Both the position numbers and the translations under genes were made by a program. Under the pieces are notes generated by a model. That model made no database searches and was not told where the DNA came from. It was given only the letters and a program-made list of their open reading frames with translations. Shown here piece after piece: positions 47,778 through 57,033 of a stretch of 64,000 bases of DNA. Positions within the stretch are counted from its first letter, which is position 1; every line of letters starts with the position of its first letter. This stretch comes from Dehalococcoidia bacterium (GTDB taxonomy: Bacteria > Chloroflexota > Dehalococcoidia > Lucifugimonadales > UBA3495): positions 722,124-786,123 of the forward strand of contig CBDESR010000004.1 in the NCBI GenBank assembly GCA_965242615.1, in the 5' to 3' direction.

Positions 47778-48767
47778 ATGCCCGACTCCAAACCCTACTC
47801 CCTACTGGTAATTCCCGACGACGAACCGCCGGTACTGGCTGGTACGGCCCTTGAAACCCGCGCCCGCGCCTTGGCTGACCGGGTGGAATGGCACACTACC
47901 CGCCCGGCAAACCAGCAGGACACCATCGACCGCATCAAAGCCGCTGATGCGGTCATCAACATCCGCTCGGCGGTGCCTTTCCCCCGCTTGGTACTGGCCG
48001 CTTGCCCCAACCTTAAACTGCTATCCGTCTGGGGTACCGGCGTTGACCACGTGGACTTGACCACCGCCGCTGAACTGGGCATCACCGTGGCCAACACCCC
48101 CGGCTACGGCGCGCCCTATGTATCCGAACACGCTTTAGCCCTGGCCCTGGCTGTCTCCCGCAAAATCGTCCAGAACGACCGCCGCATTCGCGCCGGCGGC
48201 TGGACCGAAGGTTTCATCGACGAACTCTACGGCAAAACCCTCGGCATCATTGGCACCGGCGCCATCGGCCAGCGGATGATTCAGCTGGGCAAGGGCATCG
48301 GAATGCAGGTCATTGCCTGGACCGTCCATCCCAGCCCGGAGCGGGCCGAAGCTTATGGAGTGGACTTTGTGCCGTTGGAACAGTTGCTGCAACAGTCCGA
48401 TGTCGTCAGCCTCCACTTGGCCCTGTCCCCGCTGACTGAGGGTTTCCTGGGTCGGGAGCAATTAGCCTTGATGAAACCCCCTGCCATCCTGGTCAATGTC
48501 GCCCGTGGCGCGGTGGTCGATGAATCTGCCCTTGGTGATGCCCTGCGCGTCGGCCAAATCGCCGGGGCCGGCTTGGATGTTTTCACCGCCGAACCCTTGC
48601 CGCCGGGGCATCCTTTCACCCAACTGGATAATGTTGTCCTTTCCCCCCACAACGGCAGTATGGCTTACAATGGCACGATGCGCGGACTGGAAATGTCTAT
48701 TGAGAACCTCGAAGCCTTCGCCGCCGGCCGCCCGGTTAATGTGGTGGCGGCCGGCAATCGGGTTTAG
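47778..48767 (+). CDS. D-2-hydroxyacid dehydrogenase family protein
   Basis: GTGVDHVD, GIIGTGAIG, VNVARG, LDVF..EP, SPH. Confidence 0.93.
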   Translation: MPDSKPYSLLVIPDDEPPVLAGTALETRARALADRVEWHTTRPANQQDTIDRIKAADAVINIRSAVPFPRLVLAACPNLKLLSVWGTGVDHVDLTTAAELGITVANTPGYGAPYVSEHALALALAVSRKIVQNDRRIRAGGWTEGFIDELYGKTLGIIGTGAIGQRMIQLGKGIGMQVIAWTVHPSPERAEAYGVDFVPLEQLLQQSDVVSLHLALSPLTEGFLGREQLALMKPPAILVNVARGAVVDESALGDALRVGQIAGAGLDVFTAEPLPPGHPFTQLDNVVLSPHNGSMAYNGTMRGLEMSIENLEAFAAGRPVNVVAAGNRV

Positions 48768-48814
48768 GCAATGGCGGCTTCGGGATTAAGCCGGCCCAAG
48801 CCCGCCGGGCGGCT

Positions 48815-49672
48815 TTGCTTCTGTCTATTCTGTTACTGGCGGTGGCGGCGGTGGGATTGATCGACTTTCTGCACCGGCAACTGGTGTTCTTTCCCGACCC
48901 GGTGGTGGCCCACACCCCGGCGGCCGCCGGCTTGCCCTTTCAAGAAGTTCATTTCAGCGCCGCCGATGGCGTTAAATTGCACGGCTGGTTTATCCCGGCC
49001 CCGGCGGCTGTTCCGGCCGCCGACCCGCCTAATCAGCCTGCCGCCGCCAACCTGACCATTCTCTGGTTCCACGGCAACGCCGGCAACATCGGCTACCAGG
49101 TGGATGATATAGTTGCCTTGCGCCAGTGGACGCAAGCCAACATTTTCATCTTTGACTATCGCGGCTATGGCAACAGCGGCGGCCGCCCCTCGGAACAAGG
49201 CATCTATCGGGACGCCCAGGCCGCTTGGCGTTACCTGCTGACCCGCTCCGATGTGGACCCGCAGCGCATCATCCTGTACGGCCGTTCCCTCGGTACCGCC
49301 GCCGCCGTGGAACTGGCTACCGCCGCGCTGGACGGCCCGCCGCCCTACGCCCTTATTCTCTATTCTCCCTTGACCAGCCTGGGCGCGATGGCACGCGCTA
49401 TCCATCCTCGACTGCCGCTCCATTTATTGGCAGGCGGTCAATTCAACTCCCTATCCCGTATCGGCCGCGTCCCTTGCCCCATCCTGATTATCCACAGCGC
49501 GGATGATGAAATCATCCCGGTGGAGCAAGGCCGCCAACTTTTTGCCGCCGCCCCGGAGCCTAAACAATTCCTTTATCCGGACGCTTCCGGCCATAACGAT
49601 GTGCTGGACTTGACCGACCGGACATTGGGAGACGGCTTGGTCAATTTCCTGAACCGACTGCCGGGGAATTGA
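48815..49672 (+). CDS. Alpha/beta hydrolase (ABHD13-like)
   Basis: FHGNAGNI, FDYRGYG, GRSLG, HSADDEII, GHND. Confidence 0.92.
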   Translation: MLLSILLLAVAAVGLIDFLHRQLVFFPDPVVAHTPAAAGLPFQEVHFSAADGVKLHGWFIPAPAAVPAADPPNQPAAANLTILWFHGNAGNIGYQVDDIVALRQWTQANIFIFDYRGYGNSGGRPSEQGIYRDAQAAWRYLLTRSDVDPQRIILYGRSLGTAAAVELATAALDGPPPYALILYSPLTSLGAMARAIHPRLPLHLLAGGQFNSLSRIGRVPCPILIIHSADDEIIPVEQGRQLFAAAPEPKQFLYPDASGHNDVLDLTDRTLGDGLVNFLNRLPGN

Positions 49673-49737
49673 CATACCGCCCCAACCGGTCTATCCTGAC
49701 TCTATACCCCGAAACTTGAAGCGTTGCGAGGTGTGAA

Positions 49738-50016
49738 ATGGCGACCGAGCGGAAACTGGAACTGGAAATTCTTTACTGCCAGGATTGAGGGCACGCCCTC
49801 CGCGCCGCCTGGATGGCCGGCGAAGCCTTGAGCCGGGTTGGCGACCATATCGCCGCCTTTAAGCTCACCCCGGGGCCGCACGGCAAGTTCGATGTCATCA
49901 TCGACGGCGACATCGTTGCCGAACACCGCCACGAACCCAACGCCCACATTTTCCCGGATTTGCAGGACTTGATGCGGGCCATCGCTGACCGCACCGGCCT
50001 GCCGGTAGCCCACTAA
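49738..50016 (+). CDS. Rdx/SelW/SelT-family selenoprotein (CxxU; UGA at 49786-49788)
   Basis: GAGG SD; MATERKLELEILYCQD-U-GHALRAAWMAGE...LTPGPHGKFDVIIDG...FPD; promoter TTGACA-17-TATCCT at 49669-49697. Confidence 0.85.
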
Positions 50017-50097
50017 CCCCGGGCCGCCGCCGGTTTCGGCGGCGGGCGACCGGAAAAACAACCGGGGCGGGTGATGCAACCCGCCCTTTAATCTTGC

Positions 50098-50391
50098 CTA
50101 AACCCCGGAAATAACCTCCACCGTCCACGCCATCAGTTCCAAATCCGGGCGGATTTCCGCTACAAAATCCGCCGCTTCGTCCGTCATCTCCCGGGCGTGG
50201 GCGGCGTCATTGCTGACCACGCAGACCAGCAGGGTCAAAACCTGCCAGCGGTCATCCTCACTCGCCTCGGCCACCGCTACATTAAACTTGTTGCGGAGCC
50301 GCGCCGTCAGGGAACGGGCTACCTGCCGCCGGTCTTTCAAGCTGTGCGCTTCCGGCAAATGCAAGGTCAAACGACCGGCGGCGATGTGCAT
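50098..50391 (-). CDS. DUF503 family protein
   Basis: HSLKDRRQV..L..RLRNKFNVAVAE. Confidence 0.88.
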   Translation of the reverse strand: MHIAAGRLTLHLPEAHSLKDRRQVARSLTARLRNKFNVAVAEASEDDRWQVLTLLVCVVSNDAAHAREMTDEAADFVAEIRPDLELMAWTVEVISGV

Positions 50392-50433
50392 GGTCGGTTT
50401 CCTTAATGGAATTGGGGCGGCGGACTATCGCCC

Positions 50434-51144
50434 TTAACCGTCCCCGGTGGATTTGTCTTGGTCAGCCAACAACTTGATGCAATCCCAAGACAGGATGTTG
50501 GCTTCCTTGAGCCAGTGTTGGTTGACCATAAACTTGACCTGTGCAGTGTTAAGAACACTGCCGAGTTTGTCCTTATCCGCTACGATGAAAGGAACTACCC
50601 GCTGGGTACTGCCAATGTGGTGAATCAAAAGTTCTGCCGCCACATACTGGCGGATAAGCTGATGAACAAGGACGTGATGCCCGTCCTTTCCAAAAGGGCT
50701 CTCGTGCTTCGCTTCCCCGATGAAAAGGTACTTCGGGTTTTCCAGCACAATGTCAGTTTCGGTGTACCGGAGGTTGTTAAAAAATTTCTCCCGGTCGGCA
50801 CTGGCCGGCCGATAGTTCCACTCCTGAGGCAACTCGAGGTTAGGGAACTTTTCAACCTCTTGACGCAGATCTGAAAACCGGCAGTTATAAAGGCTGGCAA
50901 ATCCAGCCATGACCTCTGCCTGTTCTCCCTTGCCCATCTTTGTCCAGCCGTCCTTGTCCATCTGGTCCCGAACGCCCCGCCAGAACAGTTCAATCTGAAC
51001 ATCGCCCTCGCCCAACTCGCCGCCCAGCGGCTCCAGTAGCCGCCCAGCAAGATCTCGGCGGGCAACAGGGTTCTCAAAGAACGGCGCAAAAGCCTTGGCC
51101 GTCTGCCAGTTCTCCGTCCGATTCTCAATTCCCAAAATACCCAT
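50434..51144 (-). CDS. Hypothetical protein with PD-(D/E)xK-like motif
   Basis: TETDIVLE...IGEAKHES...HQLIRQY; AGGAGG SD; lower GC. Confidence 0.6.
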   Translation of the reverse strand: MGILGIENRTENWQTAKAFAPFFENPVARRDLAGRLLEPLGGELGEGDVQIELFWRGVRDQMDKDGWTKMGKGEQAEVMAGFASLYNCRFSDLRQEVEKFPNLELPQEWNYRPASADREKFFNNLRYTETDIVLENPKYLFIGEAKHESPFGKDGHHVLVHQLIRQYVAAELLIHHIGSTQRVVPFIVADKDKLGSVLNTAQVKFMVNQHWLKEANILSWDCIKLLADQDKSTGDG

Positions 51145-51188
51145 TGTCTTACCTCCTTACGACTCTGATTTAGCCGTTTCTAACTGCC

Positions 51189-52271
51189 CTACGCCCCCGC
51201 TACTACCCGCGCACACAGTTCCGCGCCTTGCAGTACTTCCGGGATGATTGCCGTTTCCGTCGTGGTGTGGAAGGAGCGGACGCCGATGCCGACCGGCAGG
51301 GCGGCGATGCCGTTGGCAAAGAATACATTGGCGTCGGAGCCGCCGCCGCTGCCGGCTAATATCGGTTCCAGTCCCATAGTGGTCAGGGCGCGGGTCAACA
51401 GATTCACCGTGGGATGGTCGGCGTCCACGCTATAGGATTGGTAGCTGCTGGCAATATCCAGGGAGAGATGGGCGTCCGGGTACATTGCGCCGATTGCGGC
51501 AAAGACCTGATGAAATTGGGCAGTATAGGCGTCCAGTTTTTGCGGGTCGCGGCTGCGGATTTCGCCGTCGAGAAAGGCGCGCTCCGGGATGATGTTGCGT
51601 TTCAGGCCGCCCTCCAGATAGCCGATGTTGGCGGTAGTTTCGGCGTCAAGGCGGCCCAAGGGCAGGCGGGTCAGGAGGTGGCCGGCAATAACCAGGGCGG
51701 AGATGCCTTTTTCCGGTTCCAAGCCGGCGTGGGCAGCCCGGCCGGTGATGTCGGCTTTGACGATGTTTTGGGCCGGAGCGGCCACGGTAAGACGGTTGGG
51801 CGGGCCTTCGCCGTCAAAGACGAGGCCCATTTTGGCGGTAAGGCGGGCAAAATCCAGGTGATGCGCGCCCACCAAGCCGCCCTCCTCGGCCCGGGTAAAG
51901 ATTACTTCGACGGGACGGTGGGCGGCGCCCTGCTCCCGGAGGGCGGTCAGGGCTTCGAGGATGATGGCGACGCCGGCTTTGCAGTCGCCGCCGAGGATGG
52001 TAGAGCCGTCGGAGCGCAGGGTGTCGCCGTCCAGTTGGGGGCGGATGCCGCGCCCCGGCTCCACGGTGTCGAGGTGCGCCGACAGGATGACCGGCTCTCC
52101 CGTTCCGTCCCACTGGGCGATAACATTGCCAAAGGCGTCGGATTCCACCCGGAAGCCCAAGGCTTTGAGCCGGGCAGTAACTGCCCGGGCCATTTCATCC
52201 TCTTGCCCGGTGGGGCTGTCGATGCGGATCAGGTCGGTCAAAGTTTGCAGCAGTCGTTCCCGGTCAGCCAT
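51189..52271 (-). CDS. M20-family metallopeptidase (peptidase T-like)
   Basis: SAHLDTV, GGDCKAG, AEEGG, AHAG..PEKG, GGSDAN. Confidence 0.92.
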   Translation of the reverse strand: MADRERLLQTLTDLIRIDSPTGQEDEMARAVTARLKALGFRVESDAFGNVIAQWDGTGEPVILSAHLDTVEPGRGIRPQLDGDTLRSDGSTILGGDCKAGVAIILEALTALREQGAAHRPVEVIFTRAEEGGLVGAHHLDFARLTAKMGLVFDGEGPPNRLTVAAPAQNIVKADITGRAAHAGLEPEKGISALVIAGHLLTRLPLGRLDAETTANIGYLEGGLKRNIIPERAFLDGEIRSRDPQKLDAYTAQFHQVFAAIGAMYPDAHLSLDIASSYQSYSVDADHPTVNLLTRALTTMGLEPILAGSGGGSDANVFFANGIAALPVGIGVRSFHTTTETAIIPEVLQGAELCARVVAGA

Positions 52272-52392
52272 AACCGCCCTCCTTTTTTGCCGGGTTTGTT
52301 GCCAAGTATTATAACACCGGCGGCCGGCCGCTGCTGAAAAAAGCCCGGGAATGGTGTATAGTGGAGCCAATTGAACGGGGGAAAGACGCAGG

Positions 52393-52638
52393 ATGCAGTT
52401 GACGGTCAGGTTTTTTGCCTTGTACCGGGAACGGGCCGGGCGCAGCGCGGCGACGGTGGAGACGCCGGCCGGGGCTACGGTAGCCGATTTGGTAGGACTG
52501 ATCCGGCAGCAGTTTCCGCGACTGGCGCCGCCGGAAGCGCAAATAGTGGTGGCGGTGAACGAGGAATACGCTGAACCGGATACCGCGCTGCATCCGGGGG
52601 ATGAAATCTGCTTGATACCCCCGGTCAGCGGGGGTTAG
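52393..52638 (+). CDS. moaD: Molybdopterin synthase sulfur carrier subunit
   Basis: VRFFA...VAVNEEY...IPPVSGG C-terminus. Confidence 0.95.
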   Translation: MQLTVRFFALYRERAGRSAATVETPAGATVADLVGLIRQQFPRLAPPEAQIVVAVNEEYAEPDTALHPGDEICLIPPVSGG

Positions 52639-52707
52639 CCGGCAATCCCGGCAAATCCATTCCAAATACGCTTGCCGCGGAGGGCGGCAGGGGAGAGCAG
52701 CGAGGCA

Positions 52708-53175
52708 ATGCAGGGGATGATTGAAATTACCCGCCAACCCTTGAACCCGGAGGAAGTTACCGACTTGGTGCGGCAGGATTACAACGGGGCGGTGGTGACT
52801 TTCTTGGGTACGACCCGGGATTTTTCCGAGGGCAAGGCGGTGGTTCATCTGGAATATGAAGCCTACGAAAGTATGGCGGTTAAGAAACTGGAGGAGATAC
52901 GCCAGGAACTGCGGGCGGAGTTTGGCGTGGCGGATGTTGCCATTGCCCACCGCATCGGGCCGGTGGACATTGGGCAAATCAGCCTGGTGGTGGCGGTGGC
53001 GTCGCCGCATCGCAAGGAGGCGTTTCTGGCCTGCCACGAGGCGGTGAACCGCCTGAAGGAAATCGTACCCATCTGGAAAAAAGAGGTCTTTGCCGACGGG
53101 GCCCATTGGGTTGCTTGCGCTGACCATGAGTTTGCTCCGGGGGCGGGCGTTTCGGCGGCGGCTAGTGATGACTAG
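52708..53175 (+). other. moaE: Molybdopterin synthase catalytic subunit
   Basis: GAVVTFLGTTR, LEYEAY, HRIG, SPHRKEAF, PIWKKE. Confidence 0.95.
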
Positions 53176-53232
53176 GGGCGGCGGTTAGGCATTCCTGCCG
53201 GCAGATTGGTTAAGGTCGCGGCATAGCGGGAG

Positions 53233-53688
53233 TTGGCAATGGAAAGGAACTTTGGGGAAACGGTGGCAGTCTCGGAGCGGCCGGCGGCGGAATTGCCGCG
53301 GTGCATTCTGCCCGGAACTACCGTAGGAGGGGAAGGGGGAACTTTCAGCGTTGATTTCGTGCTGTGGAACGCGGACAAAACGGTGTCCCATTCCCTGAAC
53401 GGACTGGTGGATACGGGGGCGTCTTACACGCTGGTTCCGGGGTCGATTTTGGATGAGTTGGGGGTAGTGCGGGAGCAGACCAAGACCTTTAAGCTGGCCG
53501 ACGGTTCCCGGCGGAGTTATGACTTGGGGATGGTACGGATGGACTTGGAAGGCGATAGCGGACGGGTTCATGTGGTCTTTGGCCCGGAGGATGCCGGGGT
53601 ATTGGTGGGGGCTTTGGCGCTGGAAGTATTTGCCTTGGCCGCCGATGCCAAGTACCGCCGGCTGATACCGGCCGAATTGACTCTGTAG
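53233..53688 (+). CDS. Retropepsin-like (clan AA) aspartyl protease
   Basis: LVDTGASYT, FKLADG, LVGALALE. Confidence 0.8.
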   Translation: MAMERNFGETVAVSERPAAELPRCILPGTTVGGEGGTFSVDFVLWNADKTVSHSLNGLVDTGASYTLVPGSILDELGVVREQTKTFKLADGSRRSYDLGMVRMDLEGDSGRVHVVFGPEDAGVLVGALALEVFALAADAKYRRLIPAELTL

Positions 53689-53753
53689 GAAGGGGTTTTC
53701 GGGAGGGGGCGGGCCGGGGAACGCCGCCCGCTCTATGCTATAATCCCGCTCTG

Positions 53754-56093
53754 ATGACTGCGCCGACGCTCCGACTATCCTCGGGTTTTCCCTCTTTCCG
53801 GCGGCGGACGGCGGATTTTCTGACTGTCCACGGCGCCGTTATAGTGTGCGCCCTCTTTCTGCTGACCGCCCTGGCCATTATTGACGACTATGGCATTGGG
53901 ATAGATACCCCCGTCCACTACAAAACGGCTAAATATACCCTGGACTATGCGCTGGGGAAAGATGACGCCCTGCTTACTGACTGGGATCGGTTTTACGGAG
54001 TGGCTTTTGAGTTGCCGCTGCTGCTGGTCGAGCGCGCCTTGGGGCTGGAGGATACGCGCAATATCCACCTGACTCGCCACTTTCTAATCCATCTGTTCTT
54101 TGTCCTGTCCGCTTTCTGTTGCTACCGGCTGACTTGGAGCCTGTTCCACAGCCGGCTGCTGGCAATGCTGGCAATGCTGCTCTTTCTGCTGCACCCCCGG
54201 CTCTATGCCCACTCCTTCTTTAACGCCAAAGATTTGCCGCTGCTCAGTATGTTTATGATTGCCCTGTACCTGTTGGAGCGGGCTTTTCGCCGGGATACGG
54301 CGGCGGCATTTATATTGTGCGGGGTGAGCGCAGGGCTGTTGACCAACATTCGGGTTACGGGGTTGATGCTGTTTCCGGCGGCGCTGGCAATGCGCGCGCT
54401 CGACCTGATTTATGTCCGGGACTGGATGCGGTGGAAATACATCCTGCTGAGCGGTGGCGGCTTTGCCCTGACCGCTATCCTGGTCTTGTATGCTACTTGG
54501 CCCTGGCTGTGGGGCGACCCGGCGGGGCGTTTTCTGGCGGCTTGGGAACAAATGGCTCGCTTTCCCTTCCCGCTAACCTTCCTTTTCCGGGGAGAGACCA
54601 TACTATCCACGGCGATGCCGCCGGACTACATCCCCACTTGGTTTGCCATCACTGCGCCGCCGTCCATCCTGCTGCTGGGATTAGTGGGAATAGCGGCGGT
54701 AATCGGCGGCGGCTTGGCCCGCCCCGGGGCGGTTTTCCGCAATACCCAGCTGCGCTTCGCTTTCCTGCTGCTGGCCGCTTTTGGCCTGCCGATAGTGGCG
54801 GTGATATTGCTGAATTCGACCCTCTACAATGGCTGGCGGCAGCTGTATTTTCTATATGCGCCTTTCGGCTTGTTGGCGGTGTTGGGCTGCCGCTGGCTGG
54901 TTACGGCTTTTGCCAATCCGCGTTGGCGGGCCGGGGTCTATGGATTGGTCGGCTTCGGCATCGTTCTGACCATCTTGCAGATGATACAGATTCACCCCAA
55001 TCAGCAGGTTTATTTTAACTTTCTGGTCAATCGGACTACTCCCGACTATCTGCTGGCGCAGTATGATTTTGATTATTGGCGGGTTTCGAGCCGTCAGACG
55101 CTGGAATACTTGCTGGAACGGCATCCCGATGAAAGGATTTACCTGATTGCCCCCCATTTCTGGCCTTTGGCTGCCGAGATTCTACCGGCCGCCGACCGGC
55201 AGCGGCTGGTATTCAACTCCCGGGAACACGATCCGGATTACCAACTGAGCGGCGGGTACCGGGCGCGGGACGTCAACACGGTCTATGACTTGGCGGTTTA
55301 TGACAGTCCCCTGAACAGCATCCGCGCCCTGGATACGGCCCGGATGGATGCGGCCGCCGCCGATTACTACCGGCAAGCGTATCAAAGGGCGGCGGCCGGC
55401 AAGCCCATCATCCAAGCCGAATATGATGTGTATAGCAACGATGAAGCCTTGACTTTCGTCAGGGAAAACTGCCCGCCGGGATCCTTGGCCGGGCAGTTCA
55501 GCGCAAAGGTTTATTCGACCGTTCCGCCCCAACAAAAGGGGCAACTGCTCAATGCCAGCTCCTTCCGGCACCGGGAATCCTGGGGGGTGCGGCTGGGAGA
55601 TAAATGCCTGGCAATCATTCCTTTGCCGGACTACCCGATTGCCCATATATTAGCCGGCCAGTATCGTCTCGCTACTGCCGGCCGGCCGACAACCCCGATT
55701 TGGCAGGGATTGTACGACCGGGCAACGCCGGGGCTGCGGGCGCGCATCGCCGCCCTGCGGGCAAGCAACCCGCAGCCGGCGGCCGCCGCTTACTTTGACT
55801 TGTACCGGCAGGATAAAACCCTGATCTACTACCGGGAACCTTGCGTCCCAGCCGATTTTCGGGAGCAGTTCTTTCTCCACTTCATACCGGTCAACTCGGA
55901 GGATTTGCCGCCCTTGAGCAGCCGGGGTTTTGAGAACCGGGATTTTACCTTTTTTGAGCGCGGCGTCTATTTCGACGGCCGCTGTCTGGCCGCTCTGCCT
56001 TTGCCGGACTATCCGGTTGCCGCCATCAGGACGGGGCAGTTCGCTGCCGGCCGAGAACAGCTGTGGGTTGCGGAGTTGGCGGTGGAGCAGTGA
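53754..56093 (+). CDS. GT-C-fold membrane glycosyltransferase, paralog 4 (2 C-terminal repeats)
   Basis: DDYGIGID, YGVAFELPL, HPRLYAHSFFN, DYW, LPDYP repeats. Confidence 0.8.
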   Translation: MTAPTLRLSSGFPSFRRRTADFLTVHGAVIVCALFLLTALAIIDDYGIGIDTPVHYKTAKYTLDYALGKDDALLTDWDRFYGVAFELPLLLVERALGLEDTRNIHLTRHFLIHLFFVLSAFCCYRLTWSLFHSRLLAMLAMLLFLLHPRLYAHSFFNAKDLPLLSMFMIALYLLERAFRRDTAAAFILCGVSAGLLTNIRVTGLMLFPAALAMRALDLIYVRDWMRWKYILLSGGGFALTAILVLYATWPWLWGDPAGRFLAAWEQMARFPFPLTFLFRGETILSTAMPPDYIPTWFAITAPPSILLLGLVGIAAVIGGGLARPGAVFRNTQLRFAFLLLAAFGLPIVAVILLNSTLYNGWRQLYFLYAPFGLLAVLGCRWLVTAFANPRWRAGVYGLVGFGIVLTILQMIQIHPNQQVYFNFLVNRTTPDYLLAQYDFDYWRVSSRQTLEYLLERHPDERIYLIAPHFWPLAAEILPAADRQRLVFNSREHDPDYQLSGGYRARDVNTVYDLAVYDSPLNSIRALDTARMDAAAADYYRQAYQRAAAGKPIIQAEYDVYSNDEALTFVRENCPPGSLAGQFSAKVYSTVPPQQKGQLLNASSFRHRESWGVRLGDKCLAIIPLPDYPIAHILAGQYRLATAGRPTTPIWQGLYDRATPGLRARIAALRASNPQPAAAAYFDLYRQDKTLIYYREPCVPADFREQFFLHFIPVNSEDLPPLSSRGFENRDFTFFERGVYFDGRCLAALPLPDYPVAAIRTGQFAAGREQLWVAELAVEQ

Positions 56094-56169
56094 GACGGGT
56101 TTTGCCTCGAGACACTACTATTATCTGCCCGGCCGGGTTGCCCTCCGGTCATAGCGTATAATCCCCGCT

Positions 56170-57033
56170 ATGGGAACTTTTTATGTTGTCGGCACTCCCA
56201 TTGGCAACTTGGGGGACATTACCGGCCGGGCGGCGCGCATTTTGTCCGAAGTGGCCTTGATTGCCGCCGAGGATACCCGGATAACCCGCCGCTTGCTGAA
56301 TCACTTGGGCTTGCGGTCGCCGCTGGTCAGTTGTAATCAGCATAACTGGCAAGCCCGCCTGCCGTCGTTACTGCAAGCCCTGGAAACCGGGGATGTGGCG
56401 CTGGTTACTGACGCCGGGATGCCGGCGGTCAGCGACCCGGGTTCGGAAGTAGCGGCGCAAGTGGCGGCCGCCGGCTTTCCGCTCGAGGTCATTCCCGGCC
56501 CTTCGGCAGTTACGGCGGCCCTGGCTGTTGCCGGTCTGCCGGCCGATTCCTTCCTGTTCCTGGGCTTTCTGCCGCGGCGGCGTCAGGAACGGCAAGCCGC
56601 CTTATCCGCGATTGCCGCCTTGCCCTATACCCTGGTCATCTTTGAGGCGCCGCACCGCCTGCGGCCGGCTCTCGAGGATTTGCGCTCAATCCTGGGCGAC
56701 CGGCAAATTACCGTCTGCCGGGAGTTGACCAAACTACACGAGGAAGTCCATCGCAGCAGCATAGCCGCGGCGTTGGCGCATTTTACCAATCCCCGGGGCG
56801 AGTTTGTTCTGGTAGTAGCCGGCCGCGCCGCCGTCAAAGACGCTACCACTACGGATGAACTGATGGCGGCCAAGCTAGCGGCGGCCCGGGAGCAACTGAT
56901 GCAAAACATTCAAGCCGGCATCAGGGCAAGGGCGGCCGTGGCGGCCGTAACCGCCGCTACCGGCTTGCCTCGCCGGGAAGTGTATCGACTTTGGCTGGAG
57001 TTAAAAGCCGGCGGCGGGCGGGAGGATTCCTAA
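56170..57033 (+). CDS. rsmI: 16S rRNA (cytidine1402-2'-O)-methyltransferase
   Basis: TPIGNLGDIT, AEDTR, DAGMPAVSDPG, IPGPSA, EAPHR, RELTKLHEE. Confidence 0.96.
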   Translation: MGTFYVVGTPIGNLGDITGRAARILSEVALIAAEDTRITRRLLNHLGLRSPLVSCNQHNWQARLPSLLQALETGDVALVTDAGMPAVSDPGSEVAAQVAAAGFPLEVIPGPSAVTAALAVAGLPADSFLFLGFLPRRRQERQAALSAIAALPYTLVIFEAPHRLRPALEDLRSILGDRQITVCRELTKLHEEVHRSSIAAALAHFTNPRGEFVLVVAGRAAVKDATTTDELMAAKLAAAREQLMQNIQAGIRARAAVAAVTAATGLPRREVYRLWLELKAGGGREDS

